Below are positions 41,701 through 53,946 of a stretch of DNA of 64,000 nt, one piece after another. The translations under genes were made by a program, and so were the position numbers. The stretch is taken from NCBI GenBank assembly GCA_040954595.2, contig CM082580.2, forward strand, positions 12,352,909 to 12,416,908. Direction: 5' to 3'. Within the stretch, counting starts at the first letter, position 1. Each line of letters begins with the position of its first letter. A model generated the notes under the pieces. That model saw only the letters and a list, made by a program, of their open reading frames with translations. It searched no databases and was not told where the DNA came from. This stretch comes from Balanoglossus misakiensis. Taxonomy: Eukaryota > Animalia > Hemichordata.

Positions 41701-43484
41701 GTATTGTGTAAGGTGTGTAATATACAGTAGCATTTGTGGGTGGTTATTTTTGATCAGGTATAATAGATTGTTGTATGTGCCATTCATTCTATTTGTCCAT
41801 GACCCCTATAACAGTTTCAGCGACCTCCGGCCTCACCACTGTGTCATATGTTATCAGCGTTGTACGTGTTTATGCATGGTTCCAGCCCCGGACAAATGAC
41901 AGAAAATTGGGGATCGTTTGACCCTACTCTGGTGTAGCTAGGTGCTGTTATAAACACTGTGATCTAGGGTTGTGGCATTCCTTAGATAACATTATTAAAA
42001 CTGCCACTAGACTTGGTTATCTGAGGAACACTGGGCACATGATGTGATGAACTGATGAGCTCCTGTTCTGTTAAATGCTTTCTCAACTAATAGACCCATA
42101 CATGGGGAGGGGAGGGGCGAACAAGATCCATCCCAGTGGGCTGATCAGCCTATATGGGACAAGGAACAGCATGTGGGTTCATCATGGGACATATTCCTTG
42201 ACACCTCTTACTCCTGAACTCACTGCCACTTTGAATTATTGGCTGCAGATCCATTAAAAGGACTCCCTCCCCTGTGTTGATGGTCATTTTATGTCACATC
42301 ACAGCCTAATTAAGCAAATCACTGGCCCTCTGGTAAAAACACAACCTCCTCAGCATCTCAAGACTGATTATTTCCATTAATTAGTCCCAACTGACCTATC
42401 AGGCATGGATGAAAACTGCCCAGTGGCTGATGAGGTAATCCATCTCTGAATGGTCAATGTAAATTAGTGTTTTTCGGCCAAGGTGCACAAGATTCTTGTA
42501 ACTGTTAAGTGGGGAGCCATTTGCTTTTGAGGGCTTGGCCATTCACTGGTAACACGTCTGGAGAGATTTCTGTAATGGGGTGTTATCTCGTAGCTGAGGG
42601 GGTGATTCTTGCCTGTGTTGCCCACAGAATTATGGCCTCGAAGGTGCCGCTGCAGCCATAATGAATAAGCCCTTTGCGACTGAAAGTGAGTGTTGATGCG
42701 TGCACACATGACTGCTTGCCACAGTTCAAGTTTGAATTGCTGCCATCTCCAGAACTACTTTCCCATTGTGGTGCCATGCATGAAACCAGTGAAGCATACA
42801 ACAACACGGCTGAATCAAACAACTCCTAACTTCAGAATAGTTAACTCCCTCTTTTCAGAAAACCGTTAATTTGATTCCTTGCTTTCAAGTAATACTGTAA
42901 ATTGAAAAAAATATATACAGTATACAGGTGGACACTAGACCTTGTGTTGCCAGCTGTAATCTAGCTGACCAAAACGAACAAATGACCTTTAACATGTACA
43001 GTGATCAGCCCTCTACCAAAATACCCGACAACAACCAATTTTGCTTGAGATCAGCAAAGATAATAACACTAGATTTGGTGTGTTTATTTACAATGAAAGT
43101 GCCTTCATTGTGGGGAAGCAAAAAAATAAGCAAGGATTTTACAAATTAAAAGTTGTGATCTTCTTATCGAAGATTCATTGCAATACTGATGTAACCTTGT
43201 GACTATTAAACCCTAGCATTAATTAAATAACAAAACTAACCCTTCCCTCCTGAAGATAATAACTGTTGCCAGAATTTTAAAAAATCTACAACTGGCACTG
43301 ACAAGTCGTTTCTCTGTCCTTGTTTTCAGATCACGGTCCGGACAAAAATACGCAACCGAACAGAAATGAAGAAGGCAGCAAGAAACCTCAGACCGATTAC
43401 TCGACAGCCAACACGGCGCATCAAACGCTGGCCTATGGACTGCTTATAGTAGTTACGCATATTCTTATCAGCCTACTGGTGTAA
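11731..43484 (+). CDS. Ephrin (Eph receptor ligand) 1; signal peptide, cupredoxin-like receptor-binding domain, C-terminal GPI-type hydrophobic tail
   Basis: Exons 11731-11822 (MWVPLILFLLAICGQFVCAAQLDPIPWDST), 37544-37833 (FPQGG..DQIDFVCP..YNIIYQV..DDCD..LHVCDEP..FSPIPGDFVFETGREYHYI), 39312-39428 (SVGDGTRTGMSNKKGGNCLEKDMKLTIKICC), 41332-41397, 43330-43484 (..STANTAHQTLAYGLLIVVTHILISLLV*). Phases 2/1/1/1 join correctly and the four canonical ephrin cysteines are present. Exon 4 is less certain. Confidence 0.9.
12304..12460 (+). promoter_or_regulatory. Candidate internal TATA/Inr promoter and alternative first exon of ephrin 1
   Basis: TATAAAA at 12304, Inr-like CAGT about 28 nt downstream, GCCATG at 12417, CAG|GTAAAA donor after 12460, phase 2 like the main exon 1. 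Confidence 0.45.
24138..24155. repeat. (GA)n microsatellite
   Basis: Direct reading of sequence. Confidence 0.85.
39076..39128. repeat. 27-bp tandem duplication (ATTAAACTGTTCAGTRGTGGTT..) in ephrin 1 intron 2
   Basis: Two adjacent near-identical copies starting at 39076 and 39103. Confidence 0.75.
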
Positions 43485-46400
43485 TTCCTTTTTTTCCGTG
43501 GTTTGATGGTGCCTTTTTGTCGAGCAATAAGGAGGAGCCAAGCTATGGAAAAAAAGACAGGTGTTTTTTTCCAGTCTTCCAGGATTACTCATCAACTGCC
43601 AATCAACGTGCAGTCCAGTGCTTTTTTTTAGTGAGCCTTCAACCTAACATTGGTGAAATGGACCAATCAGCACTCAGAACATCGGTGTGCGCGAAACCAA
43701 CCGACCAATCAGTGTTGGTCTGAGCAGAGGGGAGTGGACAAAATTTGCCTTAAGTTGTGCATGGGTATCAGCTTTTTGTTGTTTTCTCTGTTCTATGTAT
43801 CGGATACTTTGATGATAAGTTTTTACATTATCGAGCGAGAAGAAAACAAACTATGCTTGTTTCACCAAGATGGTTTCTGCCGGAGGACAAGAGTCTTAGT
43901 TGAGACCTTTGCTTACCCTTTCACAACCACAATTTGGATCAAACTGCATTGTTTGCAATAGCATGGGTCGACCCACCTTTAGGGCAACAGGGGTGAAAGG
44001 GTTGTGTTGGCTGGCTGAATGGGTTGAATGTCTTTTTTATGTTAGGTGTACATTTACATAATTATTCAGAGTATAGTGTTTTTATCTGGAATGTACTGTA
44101 CAGAGTATTTTTCGTTCTCTTGATCACAGCAGTCCTATCAATTTCTTGCGAAACTTTTTTGTGATAAAACAGATCACATTTTGATTCTTTTATGTATTCA
44201 ACTCTTATCCTTGCCGCGACAACTCGTTAGTTGAAAGATCAGAGATGCTTCTAAAATCATATATATGAAACTCAAAAAAAAAAACTGCCATATTGGATAA
44301 AATTTCTCTCTCAGTGTGAAAAAATCTGTAATATCTGTGTGGCCTTAGAAAACCTCACCATTCGCTGATACTCTCATAGATAATGTAGGAATGAATATGT
44401 CTTCATTTCTAAACTGAGAATGACTTTATTTTGGATGTAAATCATTCGTGACACAGATTATTAGCCAATAATGAAATCCATGCAGCGGTTTCGTGGTGTA
44501 TATTTTATAGAATTTTTGATATTTGCTGGGGTAGTAACTACCATGGTGTAATATCTAGCTACTTAGGGAGGCTTGGAGAATATTATTAGTGAAGTATATA
44601 GCATCAATAACTGTCGGCTGTGTTGAAATATGAAATACAGATTGAAATTCAAAATACAGAGTGCAGGCACTCTAGATGTGGACATCTTCACTCATGTCTC
44701 AAGAGTGTCAACATGATGCTGGGTGCATCTTATGTACACCTTGGTTTATCTTCACTTGTAAACTAGAAGAAGCTGAAGAAATTGCACCTCAGAAACAAAA
44801 TGCATTCCATAATGGACAGAGAAAACAAACACCAACACACACACCACAGTTATTGTACAGCCGACCGAAAACCTTGTTGCTTGATGGCAGATGCTTTCAG
44901 CCCGCGCGTGTCTTCATGGAAGTCACTAAGCAGAGCAAGTTCATTTAGCACCAAACCTTTCGATTTGCACCTGGAGGTGACGAGAAAGCTTCCAGGTGCA
45001 GGGATCACACAGAGGCTGTACTTGAGTCGACATTATTTCTGAAGTAAGAGAGTCCTTTACCTGTAATTTTATCTGAAGTATTAATATATTGATATCCATA
45101 CCTTGGTTTTATGGGTGTTATTCAAGTATTTGCGACTATTTATGCAACACCTTTGTTTTTTTTTCGTGATACGTGTGTTTTCACGCCCAAACATTGAGCA
45201 AGTACTTTTTTGTGTGAAATTAAAAAAAAATAAAACACAGCAAGTAAAAGGGCAAAAAAAAGATTGTTTTGCCAAAGGCAAAATGTAAATATTGTTATCT
45301 TATGTGTAAATACACTCTTGACTCTTAATGTGCAATATGTGACTGTTTTGACTGATGTCTTTGTATTGTTTTGTTTGTTTTATTTGTATATCAATTTAAA
45401 TATTTCATGAATGTTTAGATTTATTCTTTTTCAAAGTGGTCCTCCAATCACTGTACAATTATCAATCAGAGAATTAGTAAGTTAGTTGAGTTGTAGTAAC
45501 TCGCTGAACATATCTCATTATGTAGTGTTCTTTTTATGTAAATAATGTCAACATAGTAGGATATATATGGGTCAGGCTACCATTCAAACTCTATTAATTC
45601 AATTAATATTTAATTATTTTTCAATGTATTAACAGTGACATTCACAGTGATTAGAGAAATTGACAAAATTGTAAAAAATATTAACATTCCATAACTGATA
45701 AAATGAATTAATTGAAAAATCTGAAATTGTTACATGATGAAATCATGATTCCCCAATTTGCCAATTAACTTTCATATCGATTCGCATCGGAGTCAATTCG
45801 AGAAAATATACCAATAAATTTTACTAGGAATATAATTTTTTCCTATATCAAGTGAAAGTTACTGTTGTAGCATATCTGCGTGAGTGATCACCAACATATA
45901 ACAAGTTTGTCCAAGGAATGATAACAGAAATTACTGCAGAGCAATTTCTTGTTATCAATTAATAGAGTTTCTATGGTATTATATTTACATAGCGTAGTAA
46001 GCTGTAGATATAATTTTTTCTGGAAATTACATTTTATTTAATTAACATGATGTAGCCTTAAGTCACCTTGTAAAAATTTAACTGGTCTGTCTTCATGTCC
46101 TTCAATATATAGATACTTATTTTTCATGATCAAGTAGATTTATATAACCTTCAGGCCAATCCTGTGGACATACAACAGTTGCTGGAGTTCAGTCTCAGTA
46201 ACTATGATGTTTTCACTCAATTGAGCTTTCTCGTTCTCTCTATCCTCGATGCCTCAACAATGGGAAACTTCTCACTGCTGTGTAAACACTGGCAACTCAG
46301 ATTGTATTTAATTTACAGAAAGTGTGTGGCGTACTTTGTAATGCGAGAGCGGTGGTGTGGTCGAACCCCTCGGACCACCTGACTTTGTTGTAAGCCCAGA

Positions 46401-47550
46401 AAAGTTCCGCCTCCTGTTTGTAGAGGTTTGGACAAAAGTGATGTCTGTGTATATACCCATGCTTGTAAATGTAAACACCCCCAAGGACCCTTCATTGAGG
46501 TCTCTGAGAACTAGGATGGTAGAATATAAATTACGGTTGATTTTTATTGTGTGTCAAATATTCTGCCACTTGAGTATTTTTGATTCACTTTGCGAATACT
46601 GTGATGTAGCATTAAACAGTGAACGCTCCAGGTTGTTAGAAATATAGATGCAGCGTGGTATGTGATGATGGCGTGCATGCAAAATGTGTACAGCTCCCCA
46701 GTGGGCAGGTGCATTTTTGCAATCTTGCAAACTAAAATTGAAATGTTCGGACGTGTGAAACTAAATCTGATGTGATTGAAATTACAGGCATGTTAGTAAA
46801 TCAAAAATTGGCTATGCCTAGAGATGGTTCCTTATTCCATGGTTACTAGTAACCGTGCTTATTCCAACATGATCCAGGCTACTTTTACCTCACTGATAAA
46901 ACAGTTGTGGAAGACACCAGTTGAAACTGGCCCACCCAGAAATACTTGGAAAACAAAACAGAATAAATTTCATGTTGAGGACGACAGTGATCTGTTGCCC
47001 CGGTAACATGGTCGTGGAAACAGTAACGTTTATTTACATTTGCAGTAACACATAGTGACCCTGGTCAGGCCGACTTGTTATATTTTTTGTGAAATTCTCA
47101 TTGGGGAAATAAAAAAGACCAGAGTGTACTACCCATCTTGTACTATACCACCAGGCATTCATGCATTTGCAATCAAACCAACTAGGCCTGCAGCTATGTT
47201 TGTTTTAACAACTTGGAGCTTATTGCAGGCCAGCTAGGGAATTCCAAAGCCTTGCCTTCGATTAATTTATGCCTTGGCCTCTTAGCGCCTGAGAAAGATA
47301 AAAGTTGAGAGATCTCTCTGCTGTAGTATGCAGACTGGTTTCTCAGTACACTGTATTTTTATATGCGTCTACAATTGCTCAGAGAATGATTAGACAACAT
47401 GGAAGCTCTTTGACCAGAGGGGGGAGTGACATAAAAGAGAATGTCAGCAGTGGTCTTCTTGTATTTGTTAAAAGTCAATATTTTCTTATAGTTTACAATA
47501 TACATTTTATAAGAAAACGTGGTAATAAATTGATATCTTTTTTGACTCTA

Positions 47551-47736
47551 TAAGGGCATGTGTGGTTGCTGTGAAAGTGTGTTGGAAAGTGTGCAGTCAT
47601 TGAAAAAAAATTACATGGAGAAAGAATCGTCTTTGTGGGAGCTTGTATAGATACCATACCCACTGTCATCATACTATCCTAACTTCCCAAACATAGCCCC
47701 CCCCCCCCCCGCAAACATACATTGACATGTCCCTTA
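47551..47736. mobile_element. Possible degenerate MITE-like element
   Basis: Ends TAAGGG-CATGT ... ACATGTCCCTTA form an imperfect terminal inverted repeat with TA at each end, with a subterminal C13 tract; no coding capacity. Confidence 0.3.
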
Positions 47737-48432
47737 TTTAGTGCTGCTCTGAGTCTAGTGTGTTTTACATAATTCCCAGGAATCGCGGGAGCTCTGTCGA
47801 CCTTTGATAACGATTACTCAATGTCGAGATAAAGTGACCTCAGCCAGGTCTTCATTTGATAAATTGGCCGCGTGCAGATTTCACGCCGAGAATGAGTTCA
47901 CACCAGAAGAGGTCAAGCTATGTGATTGTGAAATCGAGTTTGTTTGTTTTCACAGTGGCCCCGTTCCCGCGCACTCCATCCCCCCTGAATTTATTTTAGA
48001 CAGTCACAGCAAGGCAAATGAAAATTAATTGGCTGTTTAAGGTGAAAAAACAGGTGCAAAGCAACCCTGGAGTACTTAAAGTGCGACTGATATTAAGCCG
48101 AATGGTGGCCCTAATACAATGATATCGAACACCTTTGGAAGGATACATCACTATTATTTTACTACGAACAGGTGGATATACGTTATGCATGACAGAATTT
48201 TCTCCTGGAACAGTTCATGATCCCATCTCAGTGTACTAGTAGGCCTAGTCTGGAATCCAGACCCCAGTGTGTTTCTCGTTAAGATAGACTCACACAGACT
48301 ATTGTAGGCCTTATATTGAATTGATACAGTCGCAGTCATCTTATTTATTTCTTCGTCATTTCATATCGGCCTCAGTTATCACTGAATGTCGCCATCGTTA
48401 TCAATATCGCCACCATTCATGGACAAACTAAT

Positions 48433-48467
<35 letters not shown>
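48433..48467. repeat. (ATC)n microsatellite
   Basis: About 11 ATC units read directly. Confidence 0.9.
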
Positions 48468-49689
48468 ATAAAGTCAATCAAGACAGGATCGAAGGCCATG
48501 CCATTTCGCTTCCGAACTGTGGTGGCGCTTTATAGTTCAATTATCACCTCCATGGTCCTTTCTACGCTTCCGTATCACCATCGTCACGGCCGACAATTTC
48601 GAGTCGCAAGGATAGCTTTCTACTGTCTATTCTTCTACAACAACTACATCACAACACCAAGGTGTCTGCGTTACATGAGCGTACAGTAAACAAAATCAGA
48701 AGACAGTCGATATGTAATTTTATTACAGGTACATATAAAAAGTGAGAAACACACCATAAAAACCTCGCTGTAACTTTAATGAGGTAAACTTCAAATAAAA
48801 TACTGAAACGAAGCCAGATCTGTCATGGAATAGCTGATATACACGTATTTGTTATACATGTAGGCATGTATGCTAAGGTCACTGGGCACAGGTTACTAAG
48901 GGGATGGAAGCGTCCAAGGCAAAGAGCGCGCTGTAATCTCAGCGCGCGCTGCGTCCCGGCGACCCGATGTTCTCTCCTCCGTGTTTGATTCACATAGTTT
49001 CTGTACACCGCAGTTGCCAAGTCGCATGCTCTTACGAATGAATCACAATCAGTCTGTCCTTCAGATGATTACCGTCATTTCGATAGTCAGTACTTGTCCC
49101 GTTTCTGACCCTACATGCCAAACAAAAATCACAACTGGGTGTGTAATCATCAGCCACGCTCGACTTTGCTGATGGTCCGTTGCTACGCGTACGTACAACT
49201 TGTGGTAGCCGTCATGGAATAACTTATAAAAGTAACGAATACATTCGCTCCGAATAACGTAAAATGTATAATGACAAAAAACACATGCACACAAAATAGT
49301 CCGAGCTGCATATCTATCACGTTAAAATCTCACACGATGAAAACGGTTCTCAATTAAATTGGCTTTTATATATAAATTCATTTATATGTACAGGTTTTTG
49401 GTTGTGTTTGATTTAAATGGTGATGTACAAAATTATTGCATTTAATGCGACTGCAGTTTGACATCGCCAAATATTCTTCAAATCAATCAGATATTGTCCT
49501 TGAGTTGAAGATTAATTCCAGTCTTCCAAGGCAATCATTGTTTATTTTATTTTTAAAATATAAAATCGAAAATTGTCCGTGCAGACTTCGCCGGGTCGTT
49601 GACTCCTCCAATCTCGTCGATCGCAGTTACTGTCCGGTGACTCCACGGTGCATAGGATTGTACACAAGACTCCAATGCGAACGCATCAT

Positions 49690-50703
49690 TCACGTAATTA
49701 GCCAAAGTATTTGTAATAGCGCAAATATGTGGATGGAAAGCGTCGCGGTGTTGTACGCTGATGAAGCCCCGCTCATAGTGGATGGTGTTATGTGTATGTG
49801 CGGAAGCTTCGATGACTTGGCCGGCTCAGTTTTGGGGATGGGTTTCTTGGTTAGCGGCTTGGTCGGTAAATCGTCTCCAGTTCCCACCTTATACGTAGGC
49901 ACTGAAACATAACACAGAGAAGGAGATGTTTTTTTCGGACGAAAATTACGGTCAACCGAGCGTAAAGAATGCTAGAATCGAAGTAACTTCAACAATATTG
50001 CCCCGGTCTTAGATCACACCCCGGCCATTTAGCATTCGATACAGTATTACTTCTCCCGTTTCTTAAAATAACCCTCGATCTCTCAACTGAAGTTTATTTG
50101 ATTGAAATTCCGCAGTTCGAAGTTACTCGGTGTTTATGTTTGGTCTCCAGCCTACCAAGGCCACTTTTGTCTAAAAGCGTCCCTTCGGCATAGCATTCGG
50201 CGGCCAACTTGTAGTCTGATACTCGCTGCGCACCAAGCTGACAAGGCGCACGCAGAGAGCTTCCTCCGATACCCCTTTACAAAGTGTGTGGCCCCCCTCC
50301 ACCTCCACGCCGTGGCGAAACCTAACCCTGGATTTAGACAACAGGCCGGTGTTTGTCTCCCAGCAAACTATTCCTTCAATAAACGCGTTTCATATCTTTC
50401 GGTCGCAACATTTATTGAATTCGCATTCATGACATAATTGTCTTAATAGTAGGGCAAAGGTTTGGCTTGATGATGTACAGAAATAAAGCCGCGTGGTGAT
50501 TAAGTTACTTTTATAGCTCGAAAAATCATGTTCCGTAAACAGCTTATCAGTTTAGCTGCAGCACAGTTCACAAGTCTGATTATCATCTTTGCGTCAACCG
50601 TCTGCCGAATGTCTAGATCTGTCTCTCATGTTGTACATGAGCACTAGAGCACAACGTATCGTGCTAGCTCCTCCTCCTCCTCACCAGCACCATAGCCTCT
50701 CCG

Positions 50704-50758
<55 letters not shown>

Positions 50759-53700
50759 GTCATCCCCCACCACCACCACCACCACCACCACCACCACCAC
50801 CGTCTCTATTCTTTGTGTTACTATCATTAACTTACAATCAAACCCGTTATTACCTGAACATGAAACCCGGATGATAAGCTTCATATTATTAGACGCACAA
50901 ACGCCACCGACGCGGCTGTCCATATCTTCCGTCACATTGCTCGTAGCTGCAAATACAAATGTAAACCAATGAAAACGATTAGCGCTAACAAGGTCACTGC
51001 CACGGTCTACATTTATTTATCTAGGCTCTAAAGGGGTATAAATTTCGTCCCTTGACACAAATCAGACTTCAGAATGAAATTTTAGACCAGACCTGTCTTG
51101 GGTCTTATTTGCGTGATTTACGAGATGTCACTTTTGCAGTCTGTAACTTTGCACAGGACATTTCAGTATTCGACCCTGAAAGTGGCCAAACCGGGATCGA
51201 TTGGACAAAAAATATCGGGGACAACTGGATCAAAGCGCCGTCACAAAATTAAACGAACTTTGCCTGAAAATTGTTTGAATGGAAAGCCAGCTGTGTGGTG
51301 CGATAGATAAACTCAGTGTTTCCTTTCATATTGGGCCGACTTATTCATGCGAAATCGTCTAATATTTGAGTTAGAGGTATGTTTGACTTTGTTCAACTTT
51401 GTTTCTATACACGGTAGCCTTCACCTACGTCGACACTTTTGAACTTCCATGCCAACTGCATTCGTGTACACTGGTCGCTTTATGCAGCCCCCTCAACGTC
51501 CAACCACACGCATTACACACCAGACCAGACTGAGAAACGCTAATGTCGAAGTCTTCGGTATGAATGCCATGGCAACCCAGTACAGCGCACTGAGGTTTCC
51601 ACTACAAAAGCTGTTTCATATGCTACAAAATCTACCCTCAAAAAGGGTTGGGCCTGATAAACAAGCTTTCTCGTCAAGTTTCCAATTTAACAGATAAAAC
51701 GGGAAACCGCGTCTTGCAAAAGTTCGGGAAAGTCATTTAGCATTGATTGAAACCAGGGAAAACGAACAGCTGAGTGTTCTTTGAATCCATCATTCATTGA
51801 CAAGGAATGCAAGAAAATACTCACATATCAGATGATAATCCCGACACGGTTCAAACGTGAAGTCGTTGGGAATCGGGCTCAGCTGCGCGAACAAGAAAGT
51901 GAACTTGGTCTCCAGGCTTGGCTCGTCACATGTCAGTAACCTCCGTCCGGACCTGGCGTCGCAGTTCACGTAGTCATTTCTCTCCACAAGGTATATATGG
52001 TAGTTGTCCGGCTTTGGAGCCGAGGTGTTCGGTGTCAGCGGGCACATGATGTCAATTGTGTCTTCGATCTTGACCTGGGCGATAAACAGCATCCCTTTGC
52101 GAAATCTGAAAGTGTACACGCCGTGAAACAAAAGCGGTCCATGAGTCACTGTTTACTTAACCCAACAGTAAAGATCATTGACATGTTCATTACAATAAGC
52201 GCAGCCATCATGGTAGTCTGCAAAGACGATAAGCTCAGGTCAAAGTTGTAAATATTTCTGTCGTCTGGATGATTTCAGTTGTGACATGTAAAGGCCGCGT
52301 ATAGATATTTCACTTTCACCCTCCACCAAAAGCTTGCTTTTTGTCCAAATCTCACCACACTGTACTATAAGAATTAACTTATTTTCACTGAAGAGCACCT
52401 GACCAACTTTGCAATACAGTTGCTCTATTTCAGTGAGGGGGCCATGAGACAGGACAAGGTCGGTAAAAAGTTGCCCTTCGCAAGGTACAGACCCAGGAAT
52501 TACTAATTTTAGCCAATGTTAGCTTTTGTTGAGATAAAAAGGTCGGAGATGAGCGGATCGAAGTTTAACCCATTTGACGGACAATATCAATGGGGACAGA
52601 GAACTGAATCAGTTCGCGTGCGCACTTGCAATTATATGCTTTCATCATGTCGCTTCTGCGTTAAATTAATACCATGGATAATTTAGAAGAGTGAAATTTT
52701 ACTTCTTAGCTCTAACCACATGCAGTGACTAGTAGTAATAAGTCAACGTGGAAGGGGAGCACATGCTGATTCGTGTTATGTTTATATTACAGAGAGAAAA
52801 CAGTTCCGCGGGGTTTATAGATGCACGGGCGCTGCTGAAGTCCAAATTAAAAATTGACACTTCAATCGAATACGGTTAAAAATGGCCAAATTGTGATGTT
52901 TATGTTTTGTTTGACATCCAATTTGCGAGTAATCACCGTTGGACATTGGGCAGGAAATGTTATGGTATCAGAGACGCGCCGACCAGTGTTCCCACAGAGA
53001 AAGCGTTCGGCTCCGTGCCCCCCAGCATACCGGCACTCTTGTGAAAACTTTACACAGAAAGTTTACAAATACTCCCCTTTCCGCGTTTGTTTGTCCAGCC
53101 AAATAAAAACACCAAGGGGCGAATGGCCTATTCAACTCGCTACACCTGTTCCGATAGGTGTAAAACAAGCACCGCATTATTCTGGGTAACAACTTTTTCA
53201 TGCCCTGACAAGGAGCGAGTTTAACCTTAACGGGGCCTCTGGCAGTATCCATTACATTAGTGTATATGAGAAGCCCGGACGAAATGTCTGCCAACATAAT
53301 TTTTCATGACGCATTATTACTTTCATTCAACGAGAATTTGATTGACTATTAGACATGCGATACGCCACAACTTTCTGTCATTTACAAACGGAAGGTCGGT
53401 GGCTTCGTTAGGACGAAAACATTGGTGACTTCATCTCGCGGCATGGCATTTCGATGCAGAAAGTTATGGTGCATGCAACTGAGTCAAAAGTTTATAATTA
53501 GTAACGACAGCAAGCAACCCCAGCGTACGTGGTAATGGGAACAAAATGAAAGACTTGAAGAAAAGGCCTCATGTTCTGTTATCTTTTCGTCTCCAACGAC
53601 AGACAGCTTGCAATGAACCAAAAAGAGTCAAAATTAGTGTTTTCAAATAATATTTGACAAGCGTGTCGCTGTTCAAACGTCGAAGTTTACAAAAACCTTT

Positions 53701-53946
53701 CGCTTTATGCTTTCGCGTTCGGCACACTCGCGTACCCAGTAGCAGACGACCGGATTCCCGTCCTGATAGAGACAATCTTTCAATAAAACTTCATTTCTCG
53801 CATGAGTCAACAAAGAGATCACTTTTTTGTCGTACTCACATCGGGTTTGTTAAACTCCACACAATCGGGTCCAGTTCTTCTGCGTACACCGTCCAAGCGA
53901 ACGCCGAAAGCGTTGCGAGTAATCGACACCACCACAGCCATAGCAT
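49690..53946 (-). CDS. Ephrin (Eph receptor ligand) 2; signal peptide, receptor-binding domain, C-terminal GPI-type hydrophobic tail; 4 coding exons
   Basis: Exons 53946-53840 (MLWLWWCRLLATLSAFAWTVYAEELDPIVWSLTNP), 52105-51825 (FRKG..DTIDIMCP..YHIYLV..YVNCD..LLTCDEP..KFTFLFAQLSPIPNDFTFEPCRDYHLI), 50946-50854 (STSNVTEDMDSRVGGVCASNNMKLIIRVSCS), 49901-49690 (Pro/Thr/Lys stalk ..SGASSAYNTATLSIHIFALLQILWLIT*). All GT-AG, phases 2/1/1, first two intron positions the same as ephrin 1. Confidence 0.92.
50704..50801. repeat. Compound (CAT)n-(CAC)n microsatellite in ephrin 2 intron 3
   Basis: About 18 CAT units then about 11 CAC units; source of the poly-S/T and poly-V/D ORFs in the track. Confidence 0.95.

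Noticed and set aside
49436-49912. 158-aa plus-strand ORF
   Set aside because: Antisense to the last exon and 3'UTR of ephrin 2.
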